Shown here in pieces: positions 28,078 through 37,679 of a stretch of DNA of 55,991 nucleotides (position 1 is the first letter of the stretch; each line of letters begins with the position of its first letter). The stretch comes from Coriobacteriia bacterium (GTDB lineage: Bacteria; Actinomycetota; Coriobacteriia; Anaerosomatales; PALSA-660). Both the position numbers and the translations under genes were made by a program. The stretch spans positions 1 to 55,991 of the forward strand of contig JANYKZ010000103.1 in assembly GCA_025361505.1 (NCBI GenBank), given 5' to 3'. Below the pieces are notes generated by a model. The model ran no database searches, was not told where the DNA came from, and saw nothing but the letters and a program-made list of their open reading frames with translations.

Positions 28078-30078
28078 CTAGGGTGTCGGGGGCACCGGAG
28101 GCATCTGCGGCACAGGCGGCATCGGAGGCTGCGGAACTTCGGGTTCGACCGGAGTCTCAGCGGCCTCGGTCTTCTTGCCGCGCTTGCGCTCGGGCTTCGG
28201 CTCTCCCGCCGCCACGGCCGCCGCGTCAGCGATCGCCTCGGCAGCGAGGTACTCGTCCCAGTGGTCGCCCAGCAGCGCCTCGACCTCGTCCTTGTCGAGC
28301 GTCTCGCGGTCGATCAGCGCCTGCGCCATCAGGTCGAGCTGGGGGCGGCGTTCCCCGAGGATGGTCTTCGCGCGCTCGAAGGCGCCGTCGATGAGGCTGC
28401 GGACCTCCTTGTCGATCTCGAACGCGATCTCCTGGGAGTAGTCCGGCGTGGCTCCGAAGTCGCGACCGAGGAAGACCTCATGCTGCGGCTCGCCGAGCGT
28501 CATCGGACCCAGCTTGTCGGACATGCCGTACTGGGTGACCATCGCGCGCGCCAGCTTCGTCGCGCGCTCGATGTCGTTGCTCGCACCCGTCGTGACGTCG
28601 CCCAACGCCAGCTCCTCAGCGACACGCCCGCCGAGCAGGGAAGCGAGGTCGTCGAGCATCGACTTCTTCGAGCCGAGGAACTTCTCCTCCTCGGGGAGGT
28701 GCCACGTGCTGCCGAGCGAACGGCCGCGCGGGATGATCGTCACCTTGTGGACGATGTCGGTCCCGGGGAGCGCGAAGCCGACGATGGCGTGACCGGACTC
28801 GTGGTAGGCGATGACCTTCTTCTCGTCGTCGGAGATGAGGCGGCTGCGGCGCTCGGGGCCGGCGACCACGCGGTCGATGGCCTCCTCGAGCTCGACCATC
28901 TCGATCTGCTTGCGCCCGTGGCGCGCCGAGAGCAGAGCGGCCTCGTTGACGAGGTTCGCGAGATCGGCGCCCGTGAAGCCCGGCGTCCGCCGCGCGAGAA
29001 CCTCGACGTCGATGTCGGAGTTGATCGGCTTGCCCTTGATGTGGACCTTGAGGATGGCGATGCGGCCCTTGAGGTCGGGCCGGTCCACGACGACCTGGCG
29101 GTCGAAGCGGCCAGGGCGAAGCAGCGCCGGATCGAGGATGTCGGGACGGTTGGTGGCCGCGATCAGGATCACGTTGTCCTTGATGTCGAAGCCGTCCATC
29201 TCGACGAGCAGCTGGTTGAGCGTCTGCTCGCGCTCGTCGTGCCCGCCGCCGAGACCCGCGCCGCGGTGACGTCCGACGGCGTCGATCTCGTCCACGAACA
29301 CGATGCACGGGCTGGCCGCCTTGGCCTGCTCGAAGAGGTCACGCACGCGGCTCGCACCGACGCCGACGAACATCTCGACGAAGTCCGAGCCGGAGATCGA
29401 GAAGAACGGCACGCCGGCCTCACCGGCCACGGCCCGTGCGAGCAGCGTCTTGCCGGTGCCCGGAGGGCCGACGAGCAGCACACCCTTCGGGATCTTGGCG
29501 CCGAGTGCCTGGAACTTGCCCGGGTTCTCGAGGAACTCCTTGATCTCCTGGAGCTCCTCCACCGCCTCGTCCACACCCGCGACGTCCTTGAACGTCACGC
29601 GCGGCTGGTCGCGGGTCATGCGCTTGGCCTTGGCCTTCCCGAAGGACATGACCTTGCTGTTGCCGCCCTGCATCGAGTTCATGAAGAAGAGCATCACGCC
29701 GACGATCAGCAGGATGGGCAGGAACTGAAGGGCGAGCGCGAGCCACTCGTTGGGTTTCTGTGGATCGACGTTGAAGATCGTGGGGTTCGCGGCGACGAGC
29801 GCCGCCATCGAGTCCGAGCCCACGAAGTTCGCCGTGAACTGGGCGACGTTCTTCTTCGCCGCCAGGTCGGCGGCGGTCTTGTAGTAGGTGCCCTCGATGG
29901 TCTGGTCGCCTAGCTTGATGGTCGCCTGGACCACCTGGCTGGCTTCCAGCGCCCGATAGAACTGGCCCGTGGTGAGCTGGTCCGGGGCCTTGGCCGGGTT
30001 CGTGTACGTCGATACGACGTAGGCGACCGCCGCCAGGATCAGCAGATACAGCGCGACGGTGCGGACATTGCGATTCAA
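28078..30078 (-). CDS. ftsH: ATP-dependent zinc metalloprotease FtsH
   Basis: 666 aa with Walker A ([11 protein letters not shown]), the SRH region and the zinc site HESGHAIV. It has a proline-rich C-terminal tail: [24 protein letters not shown]. Confidence 0.97.
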   Translation of the reverse strand: MNRNVRTVALYLLILAAVAYVVSTYTNPAKAPDQLTTGQFYRALEASQVVQATIKLGDQTIEGTYYKTAADLAAKKNVAQFTANFVGSDSMAALVAANPTIFNVDPQKPNEWLALALQFLPILLIVGVMLFFMNSMQGGNSKVMSFGKAKAKRMTRDQPRVTFKDVAGVDEAVEELQEIKEFLENPGKFQALGAKIPKGVLLVGPPGTGKTLLARAVAGEAGVPFFSISGSDFVEMFVGVGASRVRDLFEQAKAASPCIVFVDEIDAVGRHRGAGLGGGHDEREQTLNQLLVEMDGFDIKDNVILIAATNRPDILDPALLRPGRFDRQVVVDRPDLKGRIAILKVHIKGKPINSDIDVEVLARRTPGFTGADLANLVNEAALLSARHGRKQIEMVELEEAIDRVVAGPERRSRLISDDEKKVIAYHESGHAIVGFALPGTDIVHKVTIIPRGRSLGSTWHLPEEEKFLGSKKSMLDDLASLLGGRVAEELALGDVTTGASNDIERATKLARAMVTQYGMSDKLGPMTLGEPQHEVFLGRDFGATPDYSQEIAFEIDKEVRSLIDGAFERAKTILGERRPQLDLMAQALIDRETLDKDEVEALLGDHWDEYLAAEAIADAAAVAAGEPKPERKRGKKTEAAETPVEPEVPQPPMPPVPQMPPVPPTP

Positions 30079-30115
30079 ACGAAGGACCTCCTCGCGCGAT
30101 GCGCCTGGCTTGGTG

Positions 30116-30658
30116 TCAGTCCTGGTAGGCCGACGGCCTGAGCACTCCGATGTAGGGAAGATTGCGGTAGCGCTCAGCGAAATCGAGGCCGTAGCCGACG
30201 ACGAACTCGTCGGGCACCGAGAAGCCGCTGTACTTGCATGATATTGGTACCCGCTGCTTGCCTTCCTTGTTCAGCAGCGTGACCACTTCGAGACTCGCCG
30301 GCTTGCGGCTCGCCAGGTTCTTGAGGAGGTACTTGAGCGTGAGCCCGGTGTCGAGGATGTCCTCGACCACGAGCACGTGGCGGCCCTCGATCTGCTCGTC
30401 GAGGTCCTTGAGGATCCGAACGACGCCCGAGGACTTCGTGGAGGACCCGTAGCTGGAGACCGCCATGAAGTCGAGCTCGACCGGGACGGTCATGGCCCGC
30501 GACAGGTCGGCGAGGAAGATCGCGGCCCCGCGGAGCACGGCCACCAGCAGCACGGTCTTGCCCTCGTAGTCGGCGCTGATCTGCGCACCGAGCTCGCGGA
30601 CGCGCGCTTGGATCTGCTCGTCGGAGATCATCACGGACTCGATGTCGGGATGGATCAC
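30116..30658 (-). CDS. hpt: hypoxanthine phosphoribosyltransferase
   Basis: [14 protein letters not shown] is the PRPP-binding motif, and [13 protein letters not shown] is present. Start at the GTG at 30658 ([16 protein letters not shown]...), 15 nt after the tilS stop. The alternative ATG is at 30631. Confidence 0.9.
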   Translation of the reverse strand: MIHPDIESVMISDEQIQARVRELGAQISADYEGKTVLLVAVLRGAAIFLADLSRAMTVPVELDFMAVSSYGSSTKSSGVVRILKDLDEQIEGRHVLVVEDILDTGLTLKYLLKNLASRKPASLEVVTLLNKEGKQRVPISCKYSGFSVPDEFVVGYGLDFAERYRNLPYIGVLRPSAYQD

Positions 30659-30672
30659 GTGAAGGCCCGCTT

Positions 30673-32064
30673 TCAGGATCGTGGCGTCCAGTGCAGGTGG
30701 ATCGCCCGGCGCGTTCCCGGGCCGACCCGGTACTCCTCGCTCATCCGTACACCCGCGACCCACACGATCCGCTCCCCGTCGCGCACGACCGGGACGAGCG
30801 GGCGCTGCCTCGCGGGCACCTTCGCGTCGGTGAGCACGTCCTGCAGCTTGCGGCTGCCTTCCATGCCCAGAGGGCGCATCCGGTCACCGGGACGGACGGA
30901 ATCCACGACCAGCCCCCCGCGAACGGCGTCTCCGTCGATCAGAGCGCTCAGGGGATCGGAGTCGATGCCGTCAGGGCCGGCCGGTTCCGCGGTCAGACTC
31001 CCCGCGTCGCCGAGATCGAGCATCCCCGGGACGGTGAGCAGGGAGGGCGCCAGTGGCGCGACCGTGCCCGCCTCTCGGGAAATGATGAGTGTACCGTACT
31101 CGTCAAAGGCCCGCAGCCCGCCGGGAAGGTCCCGCGAGAACCCCTCTCGGGCGACCCCGTCGCAGACGGCCTCGAGGTGCTCGAAATCCAAGCGCGAGGC
31201 CTCCGGGAACGCTGCGAACAGCGCGCCGCGGAGCATCCGGCGCAGCAACGGTCGCGGGAGGGCCGCGGCGGCCCGGTCGACCCGCAGCTCGCCATCCCGG
31301 ACGACCGTGTGGTCGGCTTGCAGCGCCGTGGCCATGTCGTCGAGGAGATCGTCCTCGCCCCCGAGGACGGCGAACGTGCGGGCGAGCGCTTCGTCGAAGC
31401 GCGGATTCATGTCGCGCAACATCGGCACCACGTCGGCGCGTATGCGGGCGCGCAGGCGCGTCGTGTCGAGGTTGGTCGCGTCCTCCCGCCACGGCTGACC
31501 GAGCCCCGTGAGGTAGGCGACGACATGCGCGCGGCTGCAATCAAGGAGCGGACGTACCACGCGTCCGCGCCGGTACGGAGGCGAGACCAGCCCCGACAGT
31601 CCGGTCCCTTGCGCGAGGCGCATGACGAGCGTCTCAGCCCGGTCGTCGAGCGTGTGAGCCGTGGCGATCCGCCCGACTGCCGCGTCGACGTCGGCGGCGG
31701 CGCACCGCGCGTCGAGCTACTCGTCGGCGAAGCGGTAGCGCACGCGTCTCCCGGCGTCCTCGAGGTTGAGGCCGGCCTCCGCCGCGTAGGCGGCGACGTC
31801 GTAGCGCACCACGCGGCACGGGACGCCCAGTGACTCGCACAGCGAGGTCACGAACGCGGCGTCACCGTCCGAGGCGTCGCCGCGCAGCAGATGGTTCAGG
31901 TGGAGGACCGACAAGGGTGGGTCCGCCGGGCCTCTGCCGGCGAGCCAGCGCAGGAGGGCGACCGAGTCGGCGCCGCCTGACACCATCGCGACCATGGGTG
32001 CGCCGGGTTCGAGCATGGCGTGCGCGGTGACCGTGGCCGCAGCGATGTCAGGGAGGGTGCTCAT
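30673..32064 (-). pseudogene. tilS: tRNA(Ile)-lysidine synthase interrupted by one in-frame TAG (31717..31719)
   Basis: The N-terminal piece (31717..32064) carries the PP-loop VAMVSGGADSVAL. The remainder (30673..31716, same reading frame) continues with ...GRIATAHTLDDRAETLVMRLAQGTGLSGL... and a TilS C-terminal domain. The reading is ...RYRFADE-TAG-LDARCAAAD... Confidence 0.8.
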
Positions 32065-32122
32065 GCTCACAGGGTACCCGCCGTGGGCCGCGGGAGCGAG
32101 GTGCGCGAGCGGCGGTGCGGTC

Positions 32123-32860
32123 TCACGCCGTCGGCGCGACGGCTCGTTCCACCTGCGCGAGAACGGAGTCGGCCACCATCGCGAGCAGCGCGGCCGCCAC
32201 GGCGCCCTCAAGGACCCAGGCTCCGTTCTGCAGGTTGATGCCCGAGTAGATGGGCGAGCCGAGCCCTCCGGCGCCCGTCGCCGCCGCGACCGTCGCGGTC
32301 CCGATGTTGATGATGACCGAGGTCCGGATCCCCGCCATGATCACCCGCGCGGCGAGCGGGAACTCGACCGTGAACAGGATCCGCCACTTCCCCATGCCCA
32401 TTCCCGTGGCGGCGTCGAGCACGGAGGGTGACACGGCCTCGATCCCCGCGACCGTGTTGCTGACCACCGGGAACAGCCCGTAGAGGGACAGCGCCACGAT
32501 CGCCGGCGAGGTGCCCAGGCCGAGCAGCGGCATCATGAGCGCGAGCACGGCGACGGGTGGGAACGTCTGGCCGAAGTCCACGCTGGCAGCGACGAGTTCG
32601 CGGAACGCCCGCCCCGACGGCCTGGTCACCCACACGCCGAGCGGGAGTCCGACGAGCAGTGTGATCGCGCTCGAGATGAGCACGATCTGCAGATGCTGCG
32701 TCACCAGGTCCGCGACGGTGGCGCTCGGGAAGACCGCCTGCGTCAGGGTCGGGAACAGCCGGGTGAGCGCGGCGGCCCACCAGTCCTGGCGCGACACCAG
32801 GTAGGCGAAGGCGACGGCTGCCGCCGCCACGGCGGCGAGCCCTGTCCGACGGCGCTTCAC
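32123..32860 (-). CDS. osmoprotectant (glycine betaine/choline-type) ABC transporter permease, short subunit (YehW/OpuCD-like)
   Basis: 245 aa, counted from the GTG that overlaps the ATPase stop (GTGA). It has a BPD-transporter fold and the EAA-like region LDAATGMGMGKWRILFTVEFPLAARVIMAGIR. Confidence 0.85.
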   Translation of the reverse strand: MKRRRTGLAAVAAAAVAFAYLVSRQDWWAAALTRLFPTLTQAVFPSATVADLVTQHLQIVLISSAITLLVGLPLGVWVTRPSGRAFRELVAASVDFGQTFPPVAVLALMMPLLGLGTSPAIVALSLYGLFPVVSNTVAGIEAVSPSVLDAATGMGMGKWRILFTVEFPLAARVIMAGIRTSVIINIGTATVAAATGAGGLGSPIYSGINLQNGAWVLEGAVAAALLAMVADSVLAQVERAVAPTA

Positions 32861-34014
32861 GCCTCCGCCTCCCCCGCTCCGCCCAGACCACCGGGAACGC
32901 TGGCGATGTGCGCGTCGGAGTCCGTCATCGTCTCCTCGATGTCGGCCAGCCCCACGATGCCGAGAAGCACTCCCGTCCCGTCCACGACCGATATCGAGCG
33001 GAAGCCGAGCCCCAGCATCCGCGACAGCGCCTCCTTGAGCGAGGTGTCGGGCCGGACCGCGACCTCGCGCCAGTCCACCGTCGTGATCGCCGACTCGGGC
33101 GATGCGCCGTTGGCCAGGGCGCGGCAGTCGAACCACCCCTCGAGCCGGTGGTCGGCGTCGACAAGGTAGACGAAGCGGCTCTCCGAGCACGCCGCGCGCT
33201 CGGCGATCGCGTCAGCCGTCCGGTTCGCGGAGAGCACCGGGACGTCGGCGCGTATCACAGCGTCGACGCGCACACGACCCAGCCGCTTGAGCGCCCGGTC
33301 GGCTCCCATGAAGTCATGGACGAACTTGTTGGCGGGGTGGTCGAGGATCTGCTCGGGCGTGTCGTACTGCTGCAGCTGCCCGTCACGCATCACGGCGATC
33401 CGGTCAGCGAGCCTGATCGCCTCGTCCACGTCGTGGGTCACGAAGACCACCGTCTTGTGCAGTTCGCGCTGGATGCGCGCGAACTCGGCCTGGAGCCGCT
33501 CGCGCGTGAGGGGGTCGACGGCGCCGAACGGCTCGTCCATCAGCAGGACCGGCGGATCGGCCGCGAGCGCGCGGGCGACTCCGACGCGCTGCGCCTCTCC
33601 ACCGGAGAGCTGGCGGGGATACTTGTCCGCGTACTCCCGCGGGTCGAGGCCCACCAGGGCGAGCAGCTCGGTTGCGCGCGCATCCATGCGCCCACGATCC
33701 CATCCGAGAAGCCTCGGGACGGTGACGATGTTGTCGGCGACCGTGAGGTGCGGGAACAGGCCCACGGACTGGATGACGTAGCCCAAGCCTCGTCGCAGCA
33801 GCTCCGGGGACTGCTCGGTCACGTCGTGGCCGTCGACGACTATGCGTCCGCTCGTCGGCTCGATGAGCCGGTTGATCATCCGCAACGTCGTGGTCTTGCC
33901 ACACCCCGACGGCCCGATGAGCACGCAGATCTCACCGGCGGCGACCTCCAGACTCAGGCCCCGGACCGCGGTCGTCTCCCCGTAGCGCTTCATCACGTTC
34001 TCGAGCCGGATCAT
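32857..34014 (-). CDS. osmoprotectant ABC transporter ATP-binding protein with tandem CBS domains (OpuCA/YehX-like)
   Basis: 385 aa with GPSGCGKTT, LSGGEAQRV and LLMDEPFGAVD, plus a C-terminal CBS pair. Confidence 0.92.
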   Translation of the reverse strand: MIRLENVMKRYGETTAVRGLSLEVAAGEICVLIGPSGCGKTTTLRMINRLIEPTSGRIVVDGHDVTEQSPELLRRGLGYVIQSVGLFPHLTVADNIVTVPRLLGWDRGRMDARATELLALVGLDPREYADKYPRQLSGGEAQRVGVARALAADPPVLLMDEPFGAVDPLTRERLQAEFARIQRELHKTVVFVTHDVDEAIRLADRIAVMRDGQLQQYDTPEQILDHPANKFVHDFMGADRALKRLGRVRVDAVIRADVPVLSANRTADAIAERAACSESRFVYLVDADHRLEGWFDCRALANGASPESAITTVDWREVAVRPDTSLKEALSRMLGLGFRSISVVDGTGVLLGIVGLADIEETMTDSDAHIASVPGGLGGAGEAEA

Positions 34015-34024
34015 GTCTCTCTTC

Positions 34025-35191
34025 TCATCTGATGCCGGGGGATGTGGCGGCGCGCGCGAGCGCGCGCAGGCCGGCGTCGGCCACGACCGCCATCACGACC
34101 ATCGGGACCGCACCGAGGAGGATGAGGTCGTCGGCCTGGACGCCCCAGCCCTCGAACACGAGCACGCCCAGGGTGCCGACACCGACGAACGCCACCACGG
34201 CGGCGATGCCGATCACCAGGACCGCGGCGGACCTGACGCCCTCGATGACGAGAGGGAGCGCGAGCGGCGCCTCGACGCGCAGCAGGAGCTGGGACCCGCT
34301 CATCCCCATGCCGCGGCCCGCGTCGACGATGGCGGGGTCGACTCCCGAGAGTCCCACGTAGGTGTTGCGCACGATGGGCAGCAGCGCGTACAGGGTCAGG
34401 GCGATGACACCCGGGAGCGGACCGATGCCGGGTAGGCCGAGCGCCGCCAGCGGGAAGACGAGCAGACCCAGCAGTGCCAGGCTCGGGACCGTCTGGATGA
34501 GACCCACCACGCCGAGCGTCGTGGTGCGCAGCCAGCGCACGCGGAGCGACAGCACGCCCAGCGGCACGCCGATGAGCACGGCGAGCGCGAGCGAGCCTCC
34601 GGCCAGGGTCAGGTGCGTCCCGACCGCCGCCCAGAACTCCGCCGTGCGGTCGCCGTACTCGGTCACGATCGACAGCTGACCGAGCCCGCCGATCAGCGCG
34701 GCGCCGGCGAAACCGGCCGCGGCCAACCCTGCTGCGGCCCTGCGAAAGGAGGCGGCCCCGTCGTAGCTCCGCGACGCGAACCAGAGCACCGTGCAACCCG
34801 CGGCGACGAGCCACGCTCCGGCGCCGATCGAGACACGAGAGATGACGGGCTGCCCGGCGCGCAGCGTGACCGCGGCGCGTCCGAGCGCCCACGCGAGCGC
34901 GACGGTCAGCGCGGCCGCGGAGAGCGGCAGCACCCGCCCGCGAACGGAAGGACGAGCGAGGGCGGCGACAGCGAGCGCTGCGACGCAAACCGCGAGCAGG
35001 ATCCAGCCGGCCGGGCCGGCCGACAGGGCCGTGTGCGGAGAGCCCGCGACGATCCGGTTCGCGCGGAACACCGTGAGCGGCAGGAGCAGGCACGCGACGA
35101 CGGCGACGGCGGCGCCGAACGCGGCGACGCGGTCGATCCCGCGCTCCGGCGACTGAGCAACCTGGGCGTTCTCGGCGGCGGGCGGGGTCAC
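34025..35191 (-). CDS. osmoprotectant ABC transporter permease, long subunit (YehY-like)
   Basis: 388 aa. An extra N-terminal multi-TM region precedes the conserved permease core (VDAGRGMGMSGSQLLLRVEAPLALPLVIEGVR). Confidence 0.85.
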   Translation of the reverse strand: MTPPAAENAQVAQSPERGIDRVAAFGAAVAVVACLLLPLTVFRANRIVAGSPHTALSAGPAGWILLAVCVAALAVAALARPSVRGRVLPLSAAALTVALAWALGRAAVTLRAGQPVISRVSIGAGAWLVAAGCTVLWFASRSYDGAASFRRAAAGLAAAGFAGAALIGGLGQLSIVTEYGDRTAEFWAAVGTHLTLAGGSLALAVLIGVPLGVLSLRVRWLRTTTLGVVGLIQTVPSLALLGLLVFPLAALGLPGIGPLPGVIALTLYALLPIVRNTYVGLSGVDPAIVDAGRGMGMSGSQLLLRVEAPLALPLVIEGVRSAAVLVIGIAAVVAFVGVGTLGVLVFEGWGVQADDLILLGAVPMVVMAVVADAGLRALARAATSPGIR

Positions 35192-35192
35192 G

Positions 35193-36164
35193 CTACTTCA
35201 GGTACCCCTGCGACGTCAGCCAGTTCGCGGCGACCGTCTTCGGGTCGGTGCCGTCGATCGCGACCTGGCCGTTGAGCTTCTGCAGGGTCTCGAGAGTGAG
35301 GCTCTTGAACACGGGGTCGAGGATCGTCGCGATCTCCGGGTACTTCGCCATGATCGCCTTGGTGGCGGTCGGCGCGGGCTGGTAGATGGGCTGCGCGGCG
35401 AGAGGGTCCGACAGGACGACGAGGTTCAGCGCGGAGATCGTGCCGTCGGTGCCGTAGGCCATGGCGGCGTTCGCTCCGCTGGTGCCTTGGGAAGCGGCCT
35501 TCTCGGTCACCGCGGTGTCGCCGGTGGCGAGCGCCACGATCTGGTTCTTGGACAACTTGAACCCATACGCCTTCTCGAACGCCGGCATCGCGGCCGCGCT
35601 GGTGAAGAACTCCTGCGAGCCGACGATCTTCACGTTCCCGCCTTTGTTGATGTAGGCGGCCCAGTCGGTCATCGACGTGATGTTGTTCGCGGTTGCGAAG
35701 GCCTTCGGGACGGCGACCGCCCAGGTGTTGTTCGCCGGGGCCGGCTGCAGCCATACGATGTTGTTCAGTTGCAGGTCGAGTTGCTTGACCGTCTGGTAGG
35801 TCTGCGTGGCGTCCTTGAGGACGGTGGGGTCGATCTTCTGGTCCTTCAGGAAGACGAGGACGCCGTTGGCGGTGTACTCCGGGTAGATGTCGATCTGCCC
35901 TGACAACAGCGCCTTGCGCACCACGTCCGTCGCTCCGGTGCGCGTCTTGTCCTCGACGGTGAATCCGTTCATGCGGAGCATCGCGATGATGATCTGGCCG
36001 AGGACCGGCCCCTCGACATCGATCTTGCTTCCGACGCGGATCGGACCCTTGGTCGCGCCCGAGGCCGGGGTCGTCGGCGTAGCGGGCGCGGAGCACGCGA
36101 CCAGCGCGACGACGACCGCCAAGGTGACGAGTGCCACAGCAGTGCGCTTCATGAGGCTTCGCAT
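35193..36164 (-). CDS. glycine betaine/choline-family substrate-binding lipoprotein (OsmF/OpuCC-like)
   Basis: 323 aa. It has a signal peptide plus lipobox (VALVAC), and IYPEYTANG is typical of OpuAC-fold binding proteins. A GGAGGA Shine-Dalgarno lies 6 nt upstream. Confidence 0.88.
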   Translation of the reverse strand: MRSLMKRTAVALVTLAVVVALVACSAPATPTTPASGATKGPIRVGSKIDVEGPVLGQIIIAMLRMNGFTVEDKTRTGATDVVRKALLSGQIDIYPEYTANGVLVFLKDQKIDPTVLKDATQTYQTVKQLDLQLNNIVWLQPAPANNTWAVAVPKAFATANNITSMTDWAAYINKGGNVKIVGSQEFFTSAAAMPAFEKAYGFKLSKNQIVALATGDTAVTEKAASQGTSGANAAMAYGTDGTISALNLVVLSDPLAAQPIYQPAPTATKAIMAKYPEIATILDPVFKSLTLETLQKLNGQVAIDGTDPKTVAANWLTSQGYLK

Positions 36165-36344
36165 TGGTCATCCTCCACGGTCGTGCGGCCCGCGCTTCAG
36201 CGGCGTCCGCGTTCAGACTTCTCTCTTGGTCTATTCCCCACCGCGCCCGTGCTCGACAGGCAGGCCAAGGCTCCGGCCGCATGTGCGGGACCCGGGAATG
36301 GGAATCCTTGCTTAGAGGGTACCCCCAACGACAGGGAGCCGGCC

Positions 36345-37679
36345 GTGGAGCGCTTCGACGTCATCGTGATCGGGACCGGCGTCTCGGGAGAGGCCGCGGC
36401 GGCGGCGTTGGCGGCGACGGGAACGCGCGTTGCGGCGGTCGACCGTCGTGAGTTCGGCGGCACGTGCTCGCTGCGCGGCTGCGAGCCGAAGAAGGTCCTG
36501 TTCAATGCGGCCGAGGCGGTCGAGCGGGCCCACGGGCAGGCGTCCGGCGGTCTCCGCGGGAGCGTGGCCGTCGACTGGCCGGAGCTGATCGCCTTCAAGC
36601 GGACGTTCACCGACCCGGCGTCCGCGGGCATCGAACGGTGGCTGACTTCGTCGGGAGTCACCACACTCCACGGTACGGCGAGCTTCGTGGACCGCGAGAC
36701 GCTGCGAATCGGAGGGGAGCTGTTCCGTCCCCGCAACGTCGTCATCGCGACGGGTGCGCGCCCGACACCCCTGGACATCCCCGGCGCCGAACTCGTCATC
36801 GACAGCGAGCAGTTCATGGCGAGCGACCGTCTCGGCGCCCGGGTCGCCTTCATCGGGGGTGGCTACGTGTCCGTCGAGTTCGCGCACATCGCCGCCGCCG
36901 CGGGAACCGACGTCGTGATCCTGGGACGCGGTCCGCACCTTCTGTCCGGCTTCGACCCCGACCTCGCCGATCTGCTCGCGCGGGGCTACCTCGACGCCGG
37001 CATCGAGGTACGGACCGGCGTGACGGTCGTCGAGGTCCGCCGCCGCGGCCCGGCGCTCGAGGTCGTGCTCGCCGACGGCGCAGTCGTCGCGTGCGACATG
37101 GTGGTGCACGGCGCCGGACGCGTCCCGGACCTCGATGCGCTCGATCTGGCCGCGGGCGGCGTCACCTTCGGACCACGCGGCGTGACGGTGGATGAGGGGA
37201 TGCGAAGTGTGTCCAACCCACGGGTCTACGCGGTCGGGGACGCGGCCGCCTCCGGCCCCCCGCTCACGCCCGTCGGGATCGCCCAGGGGCGGATCGCCGC
37301 CCGCAACATCTCGGCGGAAGGTTCGGCCGTCTTCGAGGGCACGGTCATCCCTACCGCCGTGTTCGCCGACCCGCCGCTCGCTTCGGTGGGTCTGCGCGAG
37401 TCCGAGGCCGCCGCGAGGGGACTCGACGTCGACGTGCGCTTCCACGACACGTCCGACTGGGTCTCGTCGCGTCGCGTGGGCGTTCGCGCCTCGGGAGCGA
37501 AGATCCTCGTCGGACGCGACTCGGACCTCATCGTCGGCGCTCACCTGCTGGGACACTCCGCCGAGGAGGTCATCAACCTCTTCGCGCTCGCGATGCGCTG
37601 CGGCACCACCGCCACCGCGTTGCGCCAGGCGATGTGGTCGTATCCGACGGCGTCCTACGAGATCGTGGACCTGCTCTGA
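36345..37679 (+). CDS. class I pyridine nucleotide-disulfide oxidoreductase (glutathione/mycothione-reductase-like, substrate unknown)
   Basis: GTG start after AGGGAG. FAD motif VIGTGVSGEAAA, redox-active GGTCSLRGCEPKK, NAD(P) motif FIGGGYVSVEFA. The C-terminal interface region reads YPTASYE where HPTxxE is expected. Confidence 0.85.
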   Translation: MERFDVIVIGTGVSGEAAAAALAATGTRVAAVDRREFGGTCSLRGCEPKKVLFNAAEAVERAHGQASGGLRGSVAVDWPELIAFKRTFTDPASAGIERWLTSSGVTTLHGTASFVDRETLRIGGELFRPRNVVIATGARPTPLDIPGAELVIDSEQFMASDRLGARVAFIGGGYVSVEFAHIAAAAGTDVVILGRGPHLLSGFDPDLADLLARGYLDAGIEVRTGVTVVEVRRRGPALEVVLADGAVVACDMVVHGAGRVPDLDALDLAAGGVTFGPRGVTVDEGMRSVSNPRVYAVGDAAASGPPLTPVGIAQGRIAARNISAEGSAVFEGTVIPTAVFADPPLASVGLRESEAAARGLDVDVRFHDTSDWVSSRRVGVRASGAKILVGRDSDLIVGAHLLGHSAEEVINLFALAMRCGTTATALRQAMWSYPTASYEIVDLL

